Of a stretch of 64,000 bases of DNA, positions 1 to 9,602 are shown piece after piece. The first letter of the stretch is position 1, and each line of letters opens with the position of its first letter. Source of the stretch: Halodesulfurarchaeum sp. HSR-GB (lineage in GTDB: Archaea > Halobacteriota > Halobacteria > Halobacteriales > Halobacteriaceae); the NCBI RefSeq assembly GCF_031432215.1, contig NZ_JAVKGN010000001.1:1167421-1231420 (forward strand), written 5' to 3'. Both the position numbers and the translations under genes were made by a program. The notes under the pieces are model-generated. The model was not told the DNA's origin. It saw only the letters and a program-made list of their open reading frames with translations, and made no database searches.

Positions 1-2
1 CG

Positions 3-1664
3 ATTCGCGTTCAGCGAGCCGGCGTCGAGCGGGTGCAGAAGGGTGAGGCGGTCGACCTGTTTCGCGCCGCCGGCCAGTTCGCCCGCCGAATCGGGGCTCG
101 TGATGACCGGCTCGCCACGCGTGCCCGCGAGGATCCCCTCGATGCGGCCGCCGAGGCCGCCGGGCGGGCCGGGCTCGTCGGCGAGGCAGCCGCGGCGAGC
201 GGGTTGGCCACGTACGACGACGCGGACAGCTACGAGCATCTACTGGATCCGATCCGTGTCCCGACGATCGCGTCGAGCGCACTCGACCAGCGGCCGCCGT
301 CGGATGGGGTGCTCCGGGGCTCCCGCGTGCTCGATTCCGGCGCGACCGTTCGGGTCTACGATCGGCCCCACGGCCAGCCGATTCATCACCTCGAACCGCT
401 GGAGTACACCCTCGGGGACACGGCCCTGTCGACACTTGCCGCGGCGCGGGATCGGCTGCTCTCGACGGCCCCCGGGACACCGAGGGATCATCGAACGGCC
501 GTCGAGGCCGTCGCCGGGACGGACTGCCCGATCGACACGCTCACCCGGGTACTCCAGAAACACACCGCCGGATACGGCGTCTTCGAGGACCTCTTTGCCG
601 ACGACCGGCTGTCGGAGGTCTTCGTCAACGCCCCGGCGACCGAGAACTCGCTTTTCGTCCGTGTCGACGGCGAGGAACGGCGCACGAACGTCAGGCTCAC
701 TGACCGCGGCGCGGATCGGCTCGCCGCCGGTCTCCGCTCCGAGAGTGGTCGGGCCTTCTCACGGGCCACGCCGACCATCGACGCCTCGCTCTCCGGGATC
801 GGGTCGGCCGACGCCGTGCGGGTCGCGGGTGTTCGTGAACCAGCGAGTGACGGGTACGCCTTCGCGCTCCGGGTCGAGGGCACCGATCGCTGGCGGTTAC
901 ACGATCTGGTCGCGAACGACACCCTGGGGCCTGCGGCGGCTGGGCTGCTCTCCGTGGCGATGGAGCGAGGCGGCGCGCTGCTGATCGCCGGGCCGCGAGG
1001 GGCTGGAAAGACCACGATGGCCTCGGCGTTGCTCTGGGAGCTCCCCGCCCACACGCGCCTGCTGGCCATCGAGGACACGCCGGAGTTGCCCGTTCGGGCG
1101 CTCCAGGACGCTGGCCGGGACGTACAGCGCCTCGAAGCCGCCGCGGACCCGAACGCGGCGATCGATCCGGCGACCGCGCTGCGGACCGCGCTTCGCTTTG
1201 GCAACGGCGCGCTGGCGGTCGGCGAGGTCCGGGGCGAGGAAGCGTCGGTCCTCTATGAAGCCATGCGGGTGGGTGCAGCGAGCGACACCGTCATCGGGAC
1301 GATTCACGGCGACGGCTACGACGGCGTCAAAGAGCGGGTGGTGGCTGACCTGGGGGTTCCCGAGTCCTCCTTTGCCGCGACGGATCTCCTGGTCACCCTC
1401 AAGCCCACGGCCGATGGGAAGCGAGTCCACGCAATCGAGGAGGTCACCGACGGCGGAAGTGCCACCCTCTACGAGTACGACGGCACGCAACTGAATGAGA
1501 CACCGCGGCTCGAACGGGGGAACAGTCACTTCGCCGAGTCGATCACGCCTCCGGGAGAGACCTACGCCGAGACGCTCCGGGCGATCGAGAGCCGTGCCGA
1601 CGCGCTCACGGGATCGCCGCTTACTCGGGACGGGCACACAACGGGGGCTCGGGCTGATGGGTGA
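3..1664 (+). CDS. Type II/IV secretion-family ATPase (FlaI/TadA/VirB11-like), archaeal type IV filament assembly ATPase; 5' end probably lies outside the window
   Basis: P-loop GPRGAGKTT, Walker B-like LLAIEDTPELP, Asp/His-box region (AVGEVRGEE...TIHGDG). FlaI-like N-terminal domain. High GC3 coding signal runs to the window edge with no in-frame stop upstream of the GTG at 33. Confidence 0.85.
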   Translation: MRVQRAGVERVQKGEAVDLFRAAGQFARRIGARDDRLATRAREDPLDAAAEAAGRAGLVGEAAAASGLATYDDADSYEHLLDPIRVPTIASSALDQRPPSDGVLRGSRVLDSGATVRVYDRPHGQPIHHLEPLEYTLGDTALSTLAAARDRLLSTAPGTPRDHRTAVEAVAGTDCPIDTLTRVLQKHTAGYGVFEDLFADDRLSEVFVNAPATENSLFVRVDGEERRTNVRLTDRGADRLAAGLRSESGRAFSRATPTIDASLSGIGSADAVRVAGVREPASDGYAFALRVEGTDRWRLHDLVANDTLGPAAAGLLSVAMERGGALLIAGPRGAGKTTMASALLWELPAHTRLLAIEDTPELPVRALQDAGRDVQRLEAAADPNAAIDPATALRTALRFGNGALAVGEVRGEEASVLYEAMRVGAASDTVIGTIHGDGYDGVKERVVADLGVPESSFAATDLLVTLKPTADGKRVHAIEEVTDGGSATLYEYDGTQLNETPRLERGNSHFAESITPPGETYAETLRAIESRADALTGSPLTRDGHTTGARADG

Positions 1665-3171
1665 GCGAATCGAGTGGGAGGCGATCGGGGCGACAGTCCT
1701 GACGATCCTGGGGGTGGACGAGCTGATGGAGTGGGTTCGGGATCGACTCGACGAGTTCAGCCGGATCCGGGCGGTCGGGGCCGCACCTGACCTGATCGCC
1801 TTCGTGATCCTCCAGTTGAAACTCACGCCGTCCCTGGAACGCGGCGCGGACTTCGCGACGGGGGCCGTCGACGGCCGACTGAGTCGCTCGCTTGCGGCCC
1901 ATCGGGTCACGACCGTCTCCGGTGAACGTGCCTTCGAGACGTTCGGTGCCGAATGGGCACCGTATGCCCCATCCCTTCGCCGGGCAAGTACCCTGCTGGG
2001 AGTCGCGATGGACGCGCCTGCAGAGCGACGGGCGGAGACGCTGGCTGATGCCCTCGAAGCGGTCCTCGAAGGGACTCGCGAACGGGTCGTCGAGTTCTCG
2101 ACAGCCATTCGCGGGCCGGCGATGGGGATCTACGCGTTTGGCGTGATGCTCCCGCTCGCGCTGGTCGGGTTGTTGCCAGTGCTCTCCTCGACTGGTGGTG
2201 GCGTCTCGACGGTCGCGCTGGCGGTCGCGTACGATCTGCTGGTTCCGCTCGGGTTGATCGCGAGCGGGGTGTGGCTCTGGGCCCGTCGGCCGGCGATCGC
2301 CGACAGCGCGTTCGACCGCGGGCTGCTGGCCCACGGGACGAGTTGGGTCAAGGTGGCACTGGCGGGGCTTGGTGCGGCCGTCCTCGCCACGCCGGGCGCG
2401 ACCGTCCTTGGACCGTCCTGGGTCGGGCCGATCGTCGCCGTCGGCGCGAGTCTGGGGACCGCACTTTTCGTCTGGCTCCGGCCGGTCGTCGACGAGCAGG
2501 ACCGACTCGACGAGTTAGCGGCCCGACTCCCCGACGTGCTGGCCGTCGTCGGGCAACGACTCGAAGCCGGTGATCCCCTCGAACGGACCCTGGTCGCCGT
2601 CGGCCAGCGATTCGACGGGCCGATCGGTGATCTCTTCGAATCGGGTGCGACTCGTCGACGCCAATCGGGCGAGCCGGTCGAGGCGGCGCTTCTCGGCCCC
2701 GATGGCGTGGTGGCCGAACTGTCACGAAAGCGTGTTCGAGCGGCCACGTCCCTTCTCGTGACGGCGGGCGAGTATGGTCCCGAAGGCGGGGAGACACTGC
2801 AGACCGTCGGGAGCTACCTGGGAGAGCTGTTCGCGGTCGAGCGTGAGGCCCGCCGCGAACTCGCACAGACGACGAGTACGCTCCGGCAGACCGCGGTCGT
2901 GTTCGCGCCGGCGATCGCCGGGGTCACGGTGGCGCTGGCGACCGGGATGAACGCCGCGGAGGCGGGCTACACCATCGAGGTTGCACCGCTGGGGCGTGTC
3001 GTGGGCATCTATGTCCTCCTGCTCGCGGCGATTCTCCCCTCGCTCTCGGTCGTCCTGGCTCGCGGGTTCGACCCGGTCCGGATGGGTTTTCAGAGCGGGA
3101 TCGCGCTGGGTGTCAGCAGCCTCGTCTACCCGCTTTCCTTCGTGGCCGCCCGGACGCTGGTGTATGTTTAA
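1657..3171 (+). CDS. FlaJ/TadC-like (T2SS F-domain type) polytopic membrane protein of the type IV filament system
   Basis: ATG at 1657 overlaps the upstream stop by 8 nt. Multiple hydrophobic helices. Position immediately after the secretion ATPase is typical of FlaJ/TadC partners. Confidence 0.7.
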   Translation: MGERIEWEAIGATVLTILGVDELMEWVRDRLDEFSRIRAVGAAPDLIAFVILQLKLTPSLERGADFATGAVDGRLSRSLAAHRVTTVSGERAFETFGAEWAPYAPSLRRASTLLGVAMDAPAERRAETLADALEAVLEGTRERVVEFSTAIRGPAMGIYAFGVMLPLALVGLLPVLSSTGGGVSTVALAVAYDLLVPLGLIASGVWLWARRPAIADSAFDRGLLAHGTSWVKVALAGLGAAVLATPGATVLGPSWVGPIVAVGASLGTALFVWLRPVVDEQDRLDELAARLPDVLAVVGQRLEAGDPLERTLVAVGQRFDGPIGDLFESGATRRRQSGEPVEAALLGPDGVVAELSRKRVRAATSLLVTAGEYGPEGGETLQTVGSYLGELFAVEREARRELAQTTSTLRQTAVVFAPAIAGVTVALATGMNAAEAGYTIEVAPLGRVVGIYVLLLAAILPSLSVVLARGFDPVRMGFQSGIALGVSSLVYPLSFVAARTLVYV

Positions 3172-3197
3172 GTAGGAACGTCGGACCACCCCGGTCC

Positions 3198-3665
3198 ATG
3201 TTCGACGTTCCCGCCGACACGACGTGGCTCTGGGTCGGCCTGGTGCTCGTCTCGGCGACCATGCTGGGAGTAACCCTCAGCCTCCCCACGGCCCCACCGG
3301 ATGCCGAGCGCGCGGCGTCGACGATCGACTCGGTTGCGGCGACTGACTATCCCGGTTCGGCTACGATCGACCTGCAAGCCGAGGCCGTCAAGATCGACTC
3401 CGAGCGGATCAGTCTTCGGGGCGCTGGCGGCCGGGCCCACGCAGACATCCAGTATGGCCCGGTCACGCCGGTGCCGCCCAATTCGAGGCTCGAACGAGTG
3501 CTCGACGGGCAGTCCCCGGCGTCAGTCTTCGACGGATCGATCGCGTTCGCCGGGGCGGCCGAACGGGCGACCGGCCGGCCGGCGTCCTGGCGCGAGAACA
3601 GCGAGACGCTGCGGGTTCGACAGGTAACTTACGGGGAGGTGAACCGTGTTCTCGTCGGCGCGTAG
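3198..3665 (+). CDS. Small membrane-anchored protein of the pilus-like locus (single N-terminal TM helix, no canonical prepilin motif)
   Basis: N-terminal hydrophobic stretch WLWVGLVLVSATMLGVTL. High-GC3 coding frame. Sits inside the secretion locus. Confidence 0.5.
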   Translation: MFDVPADTTWLWVGLVLVSATMLGVTLSLPTAPPDAERAASTIDSVAATDYPGSATIDLQAEAVKIDSERISLRGAGGRAHADIQYGPVTPVPPNSRLERVLDGQSPASVFDGSIAFAGAAERATGRPASWRENSETLRVRQVTYGEVNRVLVGA

Positions 3666-4017
3666 GGGCCAGATCGAGCCGCTTCCGGCCCTGCTGGCGG
3701 TCGCGATTTTCGCCATCGGGCTCTCCCTGTACGGGGTCACGCTCTCCGGGGTCCCGAACCCGACTGGACCCGAGATCACCGACGCCACGGTGTCGGCGAC
3801 CGCCGAAACCCTCGGCGACGGATCGACGGTGGTGCCGGCGCGAATGGATCAACTGGACGGCGAGCTTCCACCGGACGTCGGCGTGACACTTCGGGCCGAC
3901 GGCCAGGTGTGGGAGTACAACGACCCACCCGCGGACCCGGACCGAACGCGGATTCGACACGTGCTCGTTCGCACGGCGACGGGGGAGCAGCCTGGCCTGC
4001 TCCGGGTGAGTGCATGA
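3646..4017 (+). CDS. Archaeal prepilin-like protein (class III signal peptide)
   Basis: N-terminus MFSSARRG|QIEPLPALLAVAIFAIGLSLYG matches the archaeal PibD/FlaK-type motif (basic-G then Q plus a hydrophobic stretch). Stop overlaps the next start in ATGA. Confidence 0.6.
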   Translation: MFSSARRGQIEPLPALLAVAIFAIGLSLYGVTLSGVPNPTGPEITDATVSATAETLGDGSTVVPARMDQLDGELPPDVGVTLRADGQVWEYNDPPADPDRTRIRHVLVRTATGEQPGLLRVSA

Positions 4018-4505
4018 GCGACCGCGGTGTGAGCACGGTGCTCGACGTCGTGCTCGGACTCTTGCTGGTCGGGCTCGCGGCGGGCGTTCTCGTCACTTCG
4101 ATTCCTCAGCCCGCGGACCCACCGACCGAGGACGGGACCCCGTCTGTCCTCGGGAGCACGCTCACGGTCGAGTACGAGACGGCTGCGGGAGCCCATTCCG
4201 TCGAGGCCTCGGTGGGTACACTCCTGGGGGAGGCAGTCATGGCCAGTCACGGGTCACAGACGCCACGGACGGCTGCGTTCCGTTCGGCCGTTAAGCGGAC
4301 GGTGAGTAGTCACCTGGAGACTCACGGCCTGCCAGTCCAGTTGGTCGGGACCTGTCGAGGCACCGAATCGACCGATCCACTCGTCGTCGGCCCAGCCCCG
4401 CCTGGCGAGCAGGTGGTCCGGGCGACGGTGTACCAGGTTCCAGCCCCGGCCAGTGCCACCGAGCAGTGTGAGCCGACGGTCGTCGTCCGGCGGTGGTCGC
4501 GATGA
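4014..4505 (+). CDS. Archaeal prepilin-like protein (class III signal peptide)
   Basis: N-terminus MSDRG|VSTVLDVVLGLLLVGLAAGVLV. ATGA overlap at both ends (4014-4017 and 4502-4505). Confidence 0.55.
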   Translation: MSDRGVSTVLDVVLGLLLVGLAAGVLVTSIPQPADPPTEDGTPSVLGSTLTVEYETAAGAHSVEASVGTLLGEAVMASHGSQTPRTAAFRSAVKRTVSSHLETHGLPVQLVGTCRGTESTDPLVVGPAPPGEQVVRATVYQVPAPASATEQCEPTVVVRRWSR

Positions 4506-7375
4506 CGTTCGTCGCCGACCGCCGCGGGCGGGTCCCCTTCGCGTTCATCGGGGCGGTCCTGCTCCTGACGAGTTCGCTTTACGCCGCCTCCGTGGCCCCG
4601 CCCGCGACAACCGAACCGATCGCCGAGGAGGTCGGCAGCGACGCCCAGATCGAGGCCCGACTGGCCCTCGACACGGCGATTCGCGACGCCGATCGAGCGG
4701 CCGCGGCCGAACCGGTTCTTGATCCGAGTCCACGTGGACTGGGCCGGGCGCTCCCCGAGAACGACACCTTCGAACACGCCCTCGAACTCCGGATCGCGGG
4801 GGCAGCAGAGACGGCCCTACAGGAGGTCGAGGCGGGTCGGGGCGGCGTCCAGGCCACCGTCTCGCTGCCACCGATCCGGGACCACGAGTCGGCCCGTGCG
4901 GCACTGGAGCGCGTGTCCATCGAACCCGTCACACCGGACCGCTACCGGGTGACGATCCGGGACCTGCGGGTGACTGTCACGCGACACGATCGGCCTATCG
5001 ACCGGTTTCGGTACAACGAGACGATCACGATGGAACTCCCGTCGCTGTCTCTCCACGATCGGACGAGTCGGTACGAGAAGCGGCTGAACGCCGGGCTGGC
5101 CCAGCCGGGGCTCGCCCGTGACCTCACGGCCCGGCTCTTTCCGATCGTCTGGGCGCGGGGCTACGCCCAGTACGGGGGCGCGCCGATCCAGAACGTCCTG
5201 GCGAATCGCCACGTCGAACTCATGGCGAACGACGCGGCGCTGGCCCAGCAGGCGGCGGTCTTCGGCCAGGCGGACCCGGCGGGCCGCCGTGGCGTGAGTG
5301 TCGCCGCCATGGACGTCGCCACACGGGACGCTTTCGCGGGGGCCGAGGAGATGCTGAAGTCCCAGGTCAGCAAGCCACGGGGCGACCAGACGGGGGCTGG
5401 CGAGATCGAGGGCACCCCGTCGGTCTCGCTACCCAGTGTCGTCGACAACGAACAGTCAGTCGACGCGAACCACACCGCCGACGAGGCCTTCCTGGACTAC
5501 CTCGCCGGCCGCGAAGGCCCGGATCTGGAATCGACCGTGGACGACATCTATCGAGCCGACGTGCGAGTCGAGACCCGGTCGCGGCCGATCGACACCGAGC
5601 GGGTGGCTGCCGAACCGCCGCCATCGAACGGGACCTATCTCGGCCGGACTCTCCACACTGACAAGTGGGTGGCGGACGGGCACTGGGAGTCCGGCCACGG
5701 TTCGACCCTCCGGACCTACGAGGGCCAGGTGATCGAGGAGCGACGGGTCACCAAATGGTGGGTCCAGAACGGCTCGCTCGCGTTGACCGAGGAGGTGGAT
5801 CACACAGCCCACGCCGTCGAACTAACCCTTTCCTGTCGGTACCAGCCGCCGGGAATCGCACCGGACCGACCCGGTGATCGATGTCCCTTCGGGGCCGAGG
5901 TGCGCGAGCAACTGGCCGCGGACGGATCCGACCGTCTGCTCTCGGGATCTGAGCTTTCAAATCGGGCGCTGGCGGCCGTCGAAGGGGACGGGGAGTCGGG
6001 CTGGGAGCCGATCGACCTGGACCCACCCGAAACTGTTCGGAACCGGGCCCAGCAGGAGACTGGCGAGCTTCGGCGGACGGTCCGGGATATCTCGGTGAGC
6101 GTCGAGACCCGCTCGGTCGCGAGTTCCACGAACCCGGCCCGAAAACTGCGAAAAGCCATCGCTGATCGCCGGGCGTCGCTGCTCGAGACGCCTGCCAGCT
6201 ACGACTCGGCGGCGGATCGGGCGGTGGCCGCCACACGCCAGACCTATCTCGACCGACTCACCGACCGCCTGGGGGACCGAACTCCCAAGGTCCAGCAGGC
6301 CCAGGCCGCGTTCTCGGATCAGCTCCAGGCCCACGCGATTCCGAGCGAACCGCCCGAACGGTCCAGCCCCACACGTGCCCCGTACGTGGCCGGGGTAGAC
6401 GCCGGCCCAGCGTATCTCTCCGCCGATCCACCCTCGGAGACCGACCCGTCGATCGATGTTCGGAACGTGAACCTCTTTACGGTCCCCTACGGGGATGCAG
6501 CCGATGCCGTCACCGAGCAGGTCGAAGGCGTTGGGTCCCGAGGGGTCTCCCTCCGGACCGCGGCCCAGACGCTCGCAGCGGTCGAATCACGGGACTCCGT
6601 GTCCGGCCGCGAGGTTCGAGCGCTCCGTCGCGGAATCGAGGACTCGGTGGCGAGTGCGACGGCCCGCTACCGGTCAGTCCTGGAAGCGGAACTGGGTTCC
6701 CACGAAGCCGATCGGGTCGTCACCACTGCCACGAACCGGTATCCGGACACCGCGTCCCGGGCGCTCGCGATCACGGACGGGCGACTGGCGCGGGCCATCG
6801 GCGACTCGCTTCCGGCGGGGTTGCCATCCCACGAGCGGGATCGGCTGCGCGTGGCCCTCCGGGTCGCCGGAACCGAGATCCAGTCCGAATCCGAGGTTCA
6901 GGTCTCCCAGGACCTGGTCGAAAAAGCCCGTGTGGCGGTCGAATCCGGCTCGAATCCCGTCGTCTCGGAGACGGCCAAGGCGGCCGGCGAGAAAGTCGGG
7001 ACGGCGGCCTGGGAGAAGGCAACCGACTCCTCGGTCGCAACGCTCCCCGCCGGGCTGCCGCTGTTGCCCATGCCCGGCTCCTGGTATGCCACCGCGAACG
7101 CCTGGACGGTCTCGGTCAGGGGCTCCTACGAGCAGGTCAGCGTTCACACGCGTCGGGCCACACCCGCCAGGGCAGAGAACGGGACCGTCGAGTACGTCCG
7201 CGAGGACGTCCCCGTCCGGCTGGATCTCGATCGGGACGGGCATCCCGACCGTCTCGGCTCCAATCGCGCGATCGACTTCGAGGCCCAGACGGGCGTGGTC
7301 ATCGTGGTCCCGCCGGGCAAGACCGGCGTGGGCGATCGCGGTGGCGACGCGATCGAGGAGTCACCGGGCTGGTGA
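4502..7375 (+). CDS. Large (957 aa) secreted/surface protein with prepilin-like N-terminus, pilus-locus component
   Basis: N-terminus MTFVADRRG|RVPFAFIGAVLLLTSSLYAA followed by a long Ala/Asp/Arg-rich soluble region. Translationally coupled (ATGA) to the upstream pilin-like gene. Confidence 0.6.
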   Translation: MTFVADRRGRVPFAFIGAVLLLTSSLYAASVAPPATTEPIAEEVGSDAQIEARLALDTAIRDADRAAAAEPVLDPSPRGLGRALPENDTFEHALELRIAGAAETALQEVEAGRGGVQATVSLPPIRDHESARAALERVSIEPVTPDRYRVTIRDLRVTVTRHDRPIDRFRYNETITMELPSLSLHDRTSRYEKRLNAGLAQPGLARDLTARLFPIVWARGYAQYGGAPIQNVLANRHVELMANDAALAQQAAVFGQADPAGRRGVSVAAMDVATRDAFAGAEEMLKSQVSKPRGDQTGAGEIEGTPSVSLPSVVDNEQSVDANHTADEAFLDYLAGREGPDLESTVDDIYRADVRVETRSRPIDTERVAAEPPPSNGTYLGRTLHTDKWVADGHWESGHGSTLRTYEGQVIEERRVTKWWVQNGSLALTEEVDHTAHAVELTLSCRYQPPGIAPDRPGDRCPFGAEVREQLAADGSDRLLSGSELSNRALAAVEGDGESGWEPIDLDPPETVRNRAQQETGELRRTVRDISVSVETRSVASSTNPARKLRKAIADRRASLLETPASYDSAADRAVAATRQTYLDRLTDRLGDRTPKVQQAQAAFSDQLQAHAIPSEPPERSSPTRAPYVAGVDAGPAYLSADPPSETDPSIDVRNVNLFTVPYGDAADAVTEQVEGVGSRGVSLRTAAQTLAAVESRDSVSGREVRALRRGIEDSVASATARYRSVLEAELGSHEADRVVTTATNRYPDTASRALAITDGRLARAIGDSLPAGLPSHERDRLRVALRVAGTEIQSESEVQVSQDLVEKARVAVESGSNPVVSETAKAAGEKVGTAAWEKATDSSVATLPAGLPLLPMPGSWYATANAWTVSVRGSYEQVSVHTRRATPARAENGTVEYVREDVPVRLDLDRDGHPDRLGSNRAIDFEAQTGVVIVVPPGKTGVGDRGGDAIEESPGW

Positions 7376-7381
7376 GCGGCG

Positions 7382-7855
7382 ATGACCGAGCCGCCACTGA
7401 CGGCATTTTTGCGGGTTCCAGAGCGAAGTGTGGAACCGATCACTGTCTCGCTGGAGAGTTTCGAGATGCTCCGTCGCGAGTATCGAGCGGTCCTGGCTGA
7501 CGTGGTGCGAGCCGCGGGCGTCGACGCCGTGGCTGAGTCGACGGGGCTGGACCGGGAGCAGGTGGCGGCACTGCACCCTTCCACCGACGGATCGACGCCC
7601 TCGCTCACGATCGATTCGGCGGCCGCGATTCTCGCGGTCGAGTCTTCGCTGTCCGAAGCCGAGATCGGCGAGCGGATCCGGGAGGACCTGCAGGTCGAAA
7701 TGGCCCGGGTCCCGATCGACCTGGAGGAGCTGGTGGCAGCACACGCGCTCGGTGATCGAGCGACGCTCCGTGCACAACTGGCGGGCGAACAGCCACTCTC
7801 GCTCCGCTCGTACGCACGCATTCGGGCGATCCTCTGGGACAGCGCACGATCGTAA
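7382..7855 (+). CDS. Hypothetical soluble protein, last gene of the pilus-like operon
   Basis: 157-aa ORF starting 7 nt after the preceding stop, high GC3. No recognisable motif. Confidence 0.45.
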   Translation: MTEPPLTAFLRVPERSVEPITVSLESFEMLRREYRAVLADVVRAAGVDAVAESTGLDREQVAALHPSTDGSTPSLTIDSAAAILAVESSLSEAEIGERIREDLQVEMARVPIDLEELVAAHALGDRATLRAQLAGEQPLSLRSYARIRAILWDSARS

Positions 7856-7886
7856 GGTTTGACACGAGCCCCGGAGAATCCCAACC

Positions 7887-9089
7887 GTGCAGCCGCCGCA
7901 GACCGCCGACGCCGAGCGCCGCCGCCTGCAGGTCTTCTCGTCGCTTCTGGTGCTCGTTTTCCTGGTCAATTTCGGCCGGATCGTGTTTGCGCCCCTCCTC
8001 GATCCGTTCATCCGGACCTTCGGCGTCGGCGAGGCGACCGTCGGGATGGTCGCCACGCTCGCCTGGATGGGCAGTGCGGTCCCCCGCCTGCCGACGGGCT
8101 GGTTGCTGACCCGGTTCTCTCGCCAACGGGTAATTTTGGGAACCGGCCTGCTGCTCGCCGGGGCCGCAACGTTCACCGCGCTCGCCCAGTCGATCTGGCA
8201 CATTGGGATCGGGGCCTTCCTGCTGGGTTCCTCGAGTGGGATCTACTTCATCGCGGCAAACTCCCTGGTGAGCGAGTTGTTCCCCGACCGGGTCGGTCGG
8301 GTCATCGGCATCCACGGGACCGCCTCCCAGGTGGCCGCGGTCGTCGCGCCGTTCCTCGTGGCCGCGGCCATCGCGATCTACAACTGGCGATTGCTCTTCG
8401 TGGCGATGGCGATCGCCGCCCTCCTGGGAACGGCCTGGCTGGTCTACACGGCCCGACGGACGGAACTCCCCGACGTGGGTCGCGGGGACCGCCATCTCCT
8501 GCGGTCGGTCCGGAATCACTGGCCGATCGTCCTGACCGCGGTCGCGATCATCGGCGCGACCGGCTTCGTCTGGAACGGCTTTTTCAACTTCTTCGTGCGC
8601 TATCTCGTCACCACGAAGTCCCTCTCCTCGGGGATGGCCGGGGCGATGTTGACGTTGATCTTCGCGGCGGGCGTGCCGGCCTTTTTCTATGCCGGGCGAC
8701 TGGCCGACCGTCTCCCGCAGGTCTCGCTGATGCTCGGGATCATCACGTGGTTCGTCGGGTCCCTGCTCGTGATGACTGTCGTCCAGGGGCTCCTCGCGAT
8801 CACCGTTGCGACCATCGCGCTGGGGCTGGGAATGCACAGTCTCCTCCCGGTCATCGACACCTACCTCCTCTCCTCGCTCCCCGATGCGGACCGCTCCAGC
8901 GCCTATGCGGCCTACAGCGCCACCATGATGGTGATCCAGGCCAGCGCCAGCGTCGTGGTCGGGACGCTGATCGAGGCGGGCTATGGCTTCGATCAGGTGT
9001 ATCGCAGCTTTTCGGTCGTGCTGGTGATCGTCGTCGTCCTCCTGCTCGCTCTCCACCTGACTGACCGGCTCCCGGAAGGGACAACGTGA
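7887..9089 (+). CDS. MFS transporter
   Basis: About 12 predicted TM helices in a 6+6 arrangement, GTG start, typical MFS loop motifs (e.g. GRLADR). Confidence 0.75.
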   Translation: MQPPQTADAERRRLQVFSSLLVLVFLVNFGRIVFAPLLDPFIRTFGVGEATVGMVATLAWMGSAVPRLPTGWLLTRFSRQRVILGTGLLLAGAATFTALAQSIWHIGIGAFLLGSSSGIYFIAANSLVSELFPDRVGRVIGIHGTASQVAAVVAPFLVAAAIAIYNWRLLFVAMAIAALLGTAWLVYTARRTELPDVGRGDRHLLRSVRNHWPIVLTAVAIIGATGFVWNGFFNFFVRYLVTTKSLSSGMAGAMLTLIFAAGVPAFFYAGRLADRLPQVSLMLGIITWFVGSLLVMTVVQGLLAITVATIALGLGMHSLLPVIDTYLLSSLPDADRSSAYAAYSATMMVIQASASVVVGTLIEAGYGFDQVYRSFSVVLVIVVVLLLALHLTDRLPEGTT

Positions 9090-9114
9090 TAGCGGCCCCG
9101 AACGAGGGGCCGGT

Positions 9115-9579
9115 ATGGAGCTGTCAGGCGACGAACTCGCCGGGATCGTCGACCAGTTCGGGGCCCTGCCCCCGGCCGCGCTCCGCTCGGGGATCGAGGA
9201 GACGGCCTTCCGGGTCGGTGTGGAACTCGATGGGGAGACCGTCGAGGAGTGGATCGACGAGGCGAAAGCGGACTTCGAACTGTTGACTGTCGAGCACGAC
9301 GACGAAACGCTGATCGTCCCGGGTCCCCGGGCGTTCCCCGAGGTTCCCGAGGCCGCCTCGGACCTGCCACACGTGCTGGCGGAGCCAACCCGCACGGTCC
9401 CGGCGAGTGCACTAGAGTCGGGCATCCGAGCGCGGCTGGACGAGTCCGTCGCGGCGGCCGAAACCCCGGAGCGTGCGCACGAACTCATCGACGTGACCTA
9501 CGACGCGGAAGCCTGGGCCGGGATCGAACTGGCGGACGTTCGGGATCGGTTGCTCGATCTGGCGGAGGGGGAAAGCTAA
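9115..9579 (+). CDS. Hypothetical acidic protein
   Basis: 154-aa highly acidic ORF between the MFS and NUDIX genes, high GC3. Confidence 0.4.
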   Translation: MELSGDELAGIVDQFGALPPAALRSGIEETAFRVGVELDGETVEEWIDEAKADFELLTVEHDDETLIVPGPRAFPEVPEAASDLPHVLAEPTRTVPASALESGIRARLDESVAAAETPERAHELIDVTYDAEAWAGIELADVRDRLLDLAEGES

Positions 9580-9602
9580 GTTCCTGCATCCGAACTGGGC
9601 GT

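Noticed and set aside
3198-3665. Calling the first small locus protein a prepilin
   Set aside because: It has an N-terminal TM helix but lacks the basic-Gly cleavage motif seen in the next three genes, so it is kept as a generic membrane-anchored component.
7605-9488. 627-aa ORF on the minus strand opposite the MFS transporter/acidic protein genes
   Set aside because: Shadow ORF typical of high-GC DNA. The translation is Arg/Pro/Gly/Ser-rich, has no motifs and lies antisense to genes with clear signatures.
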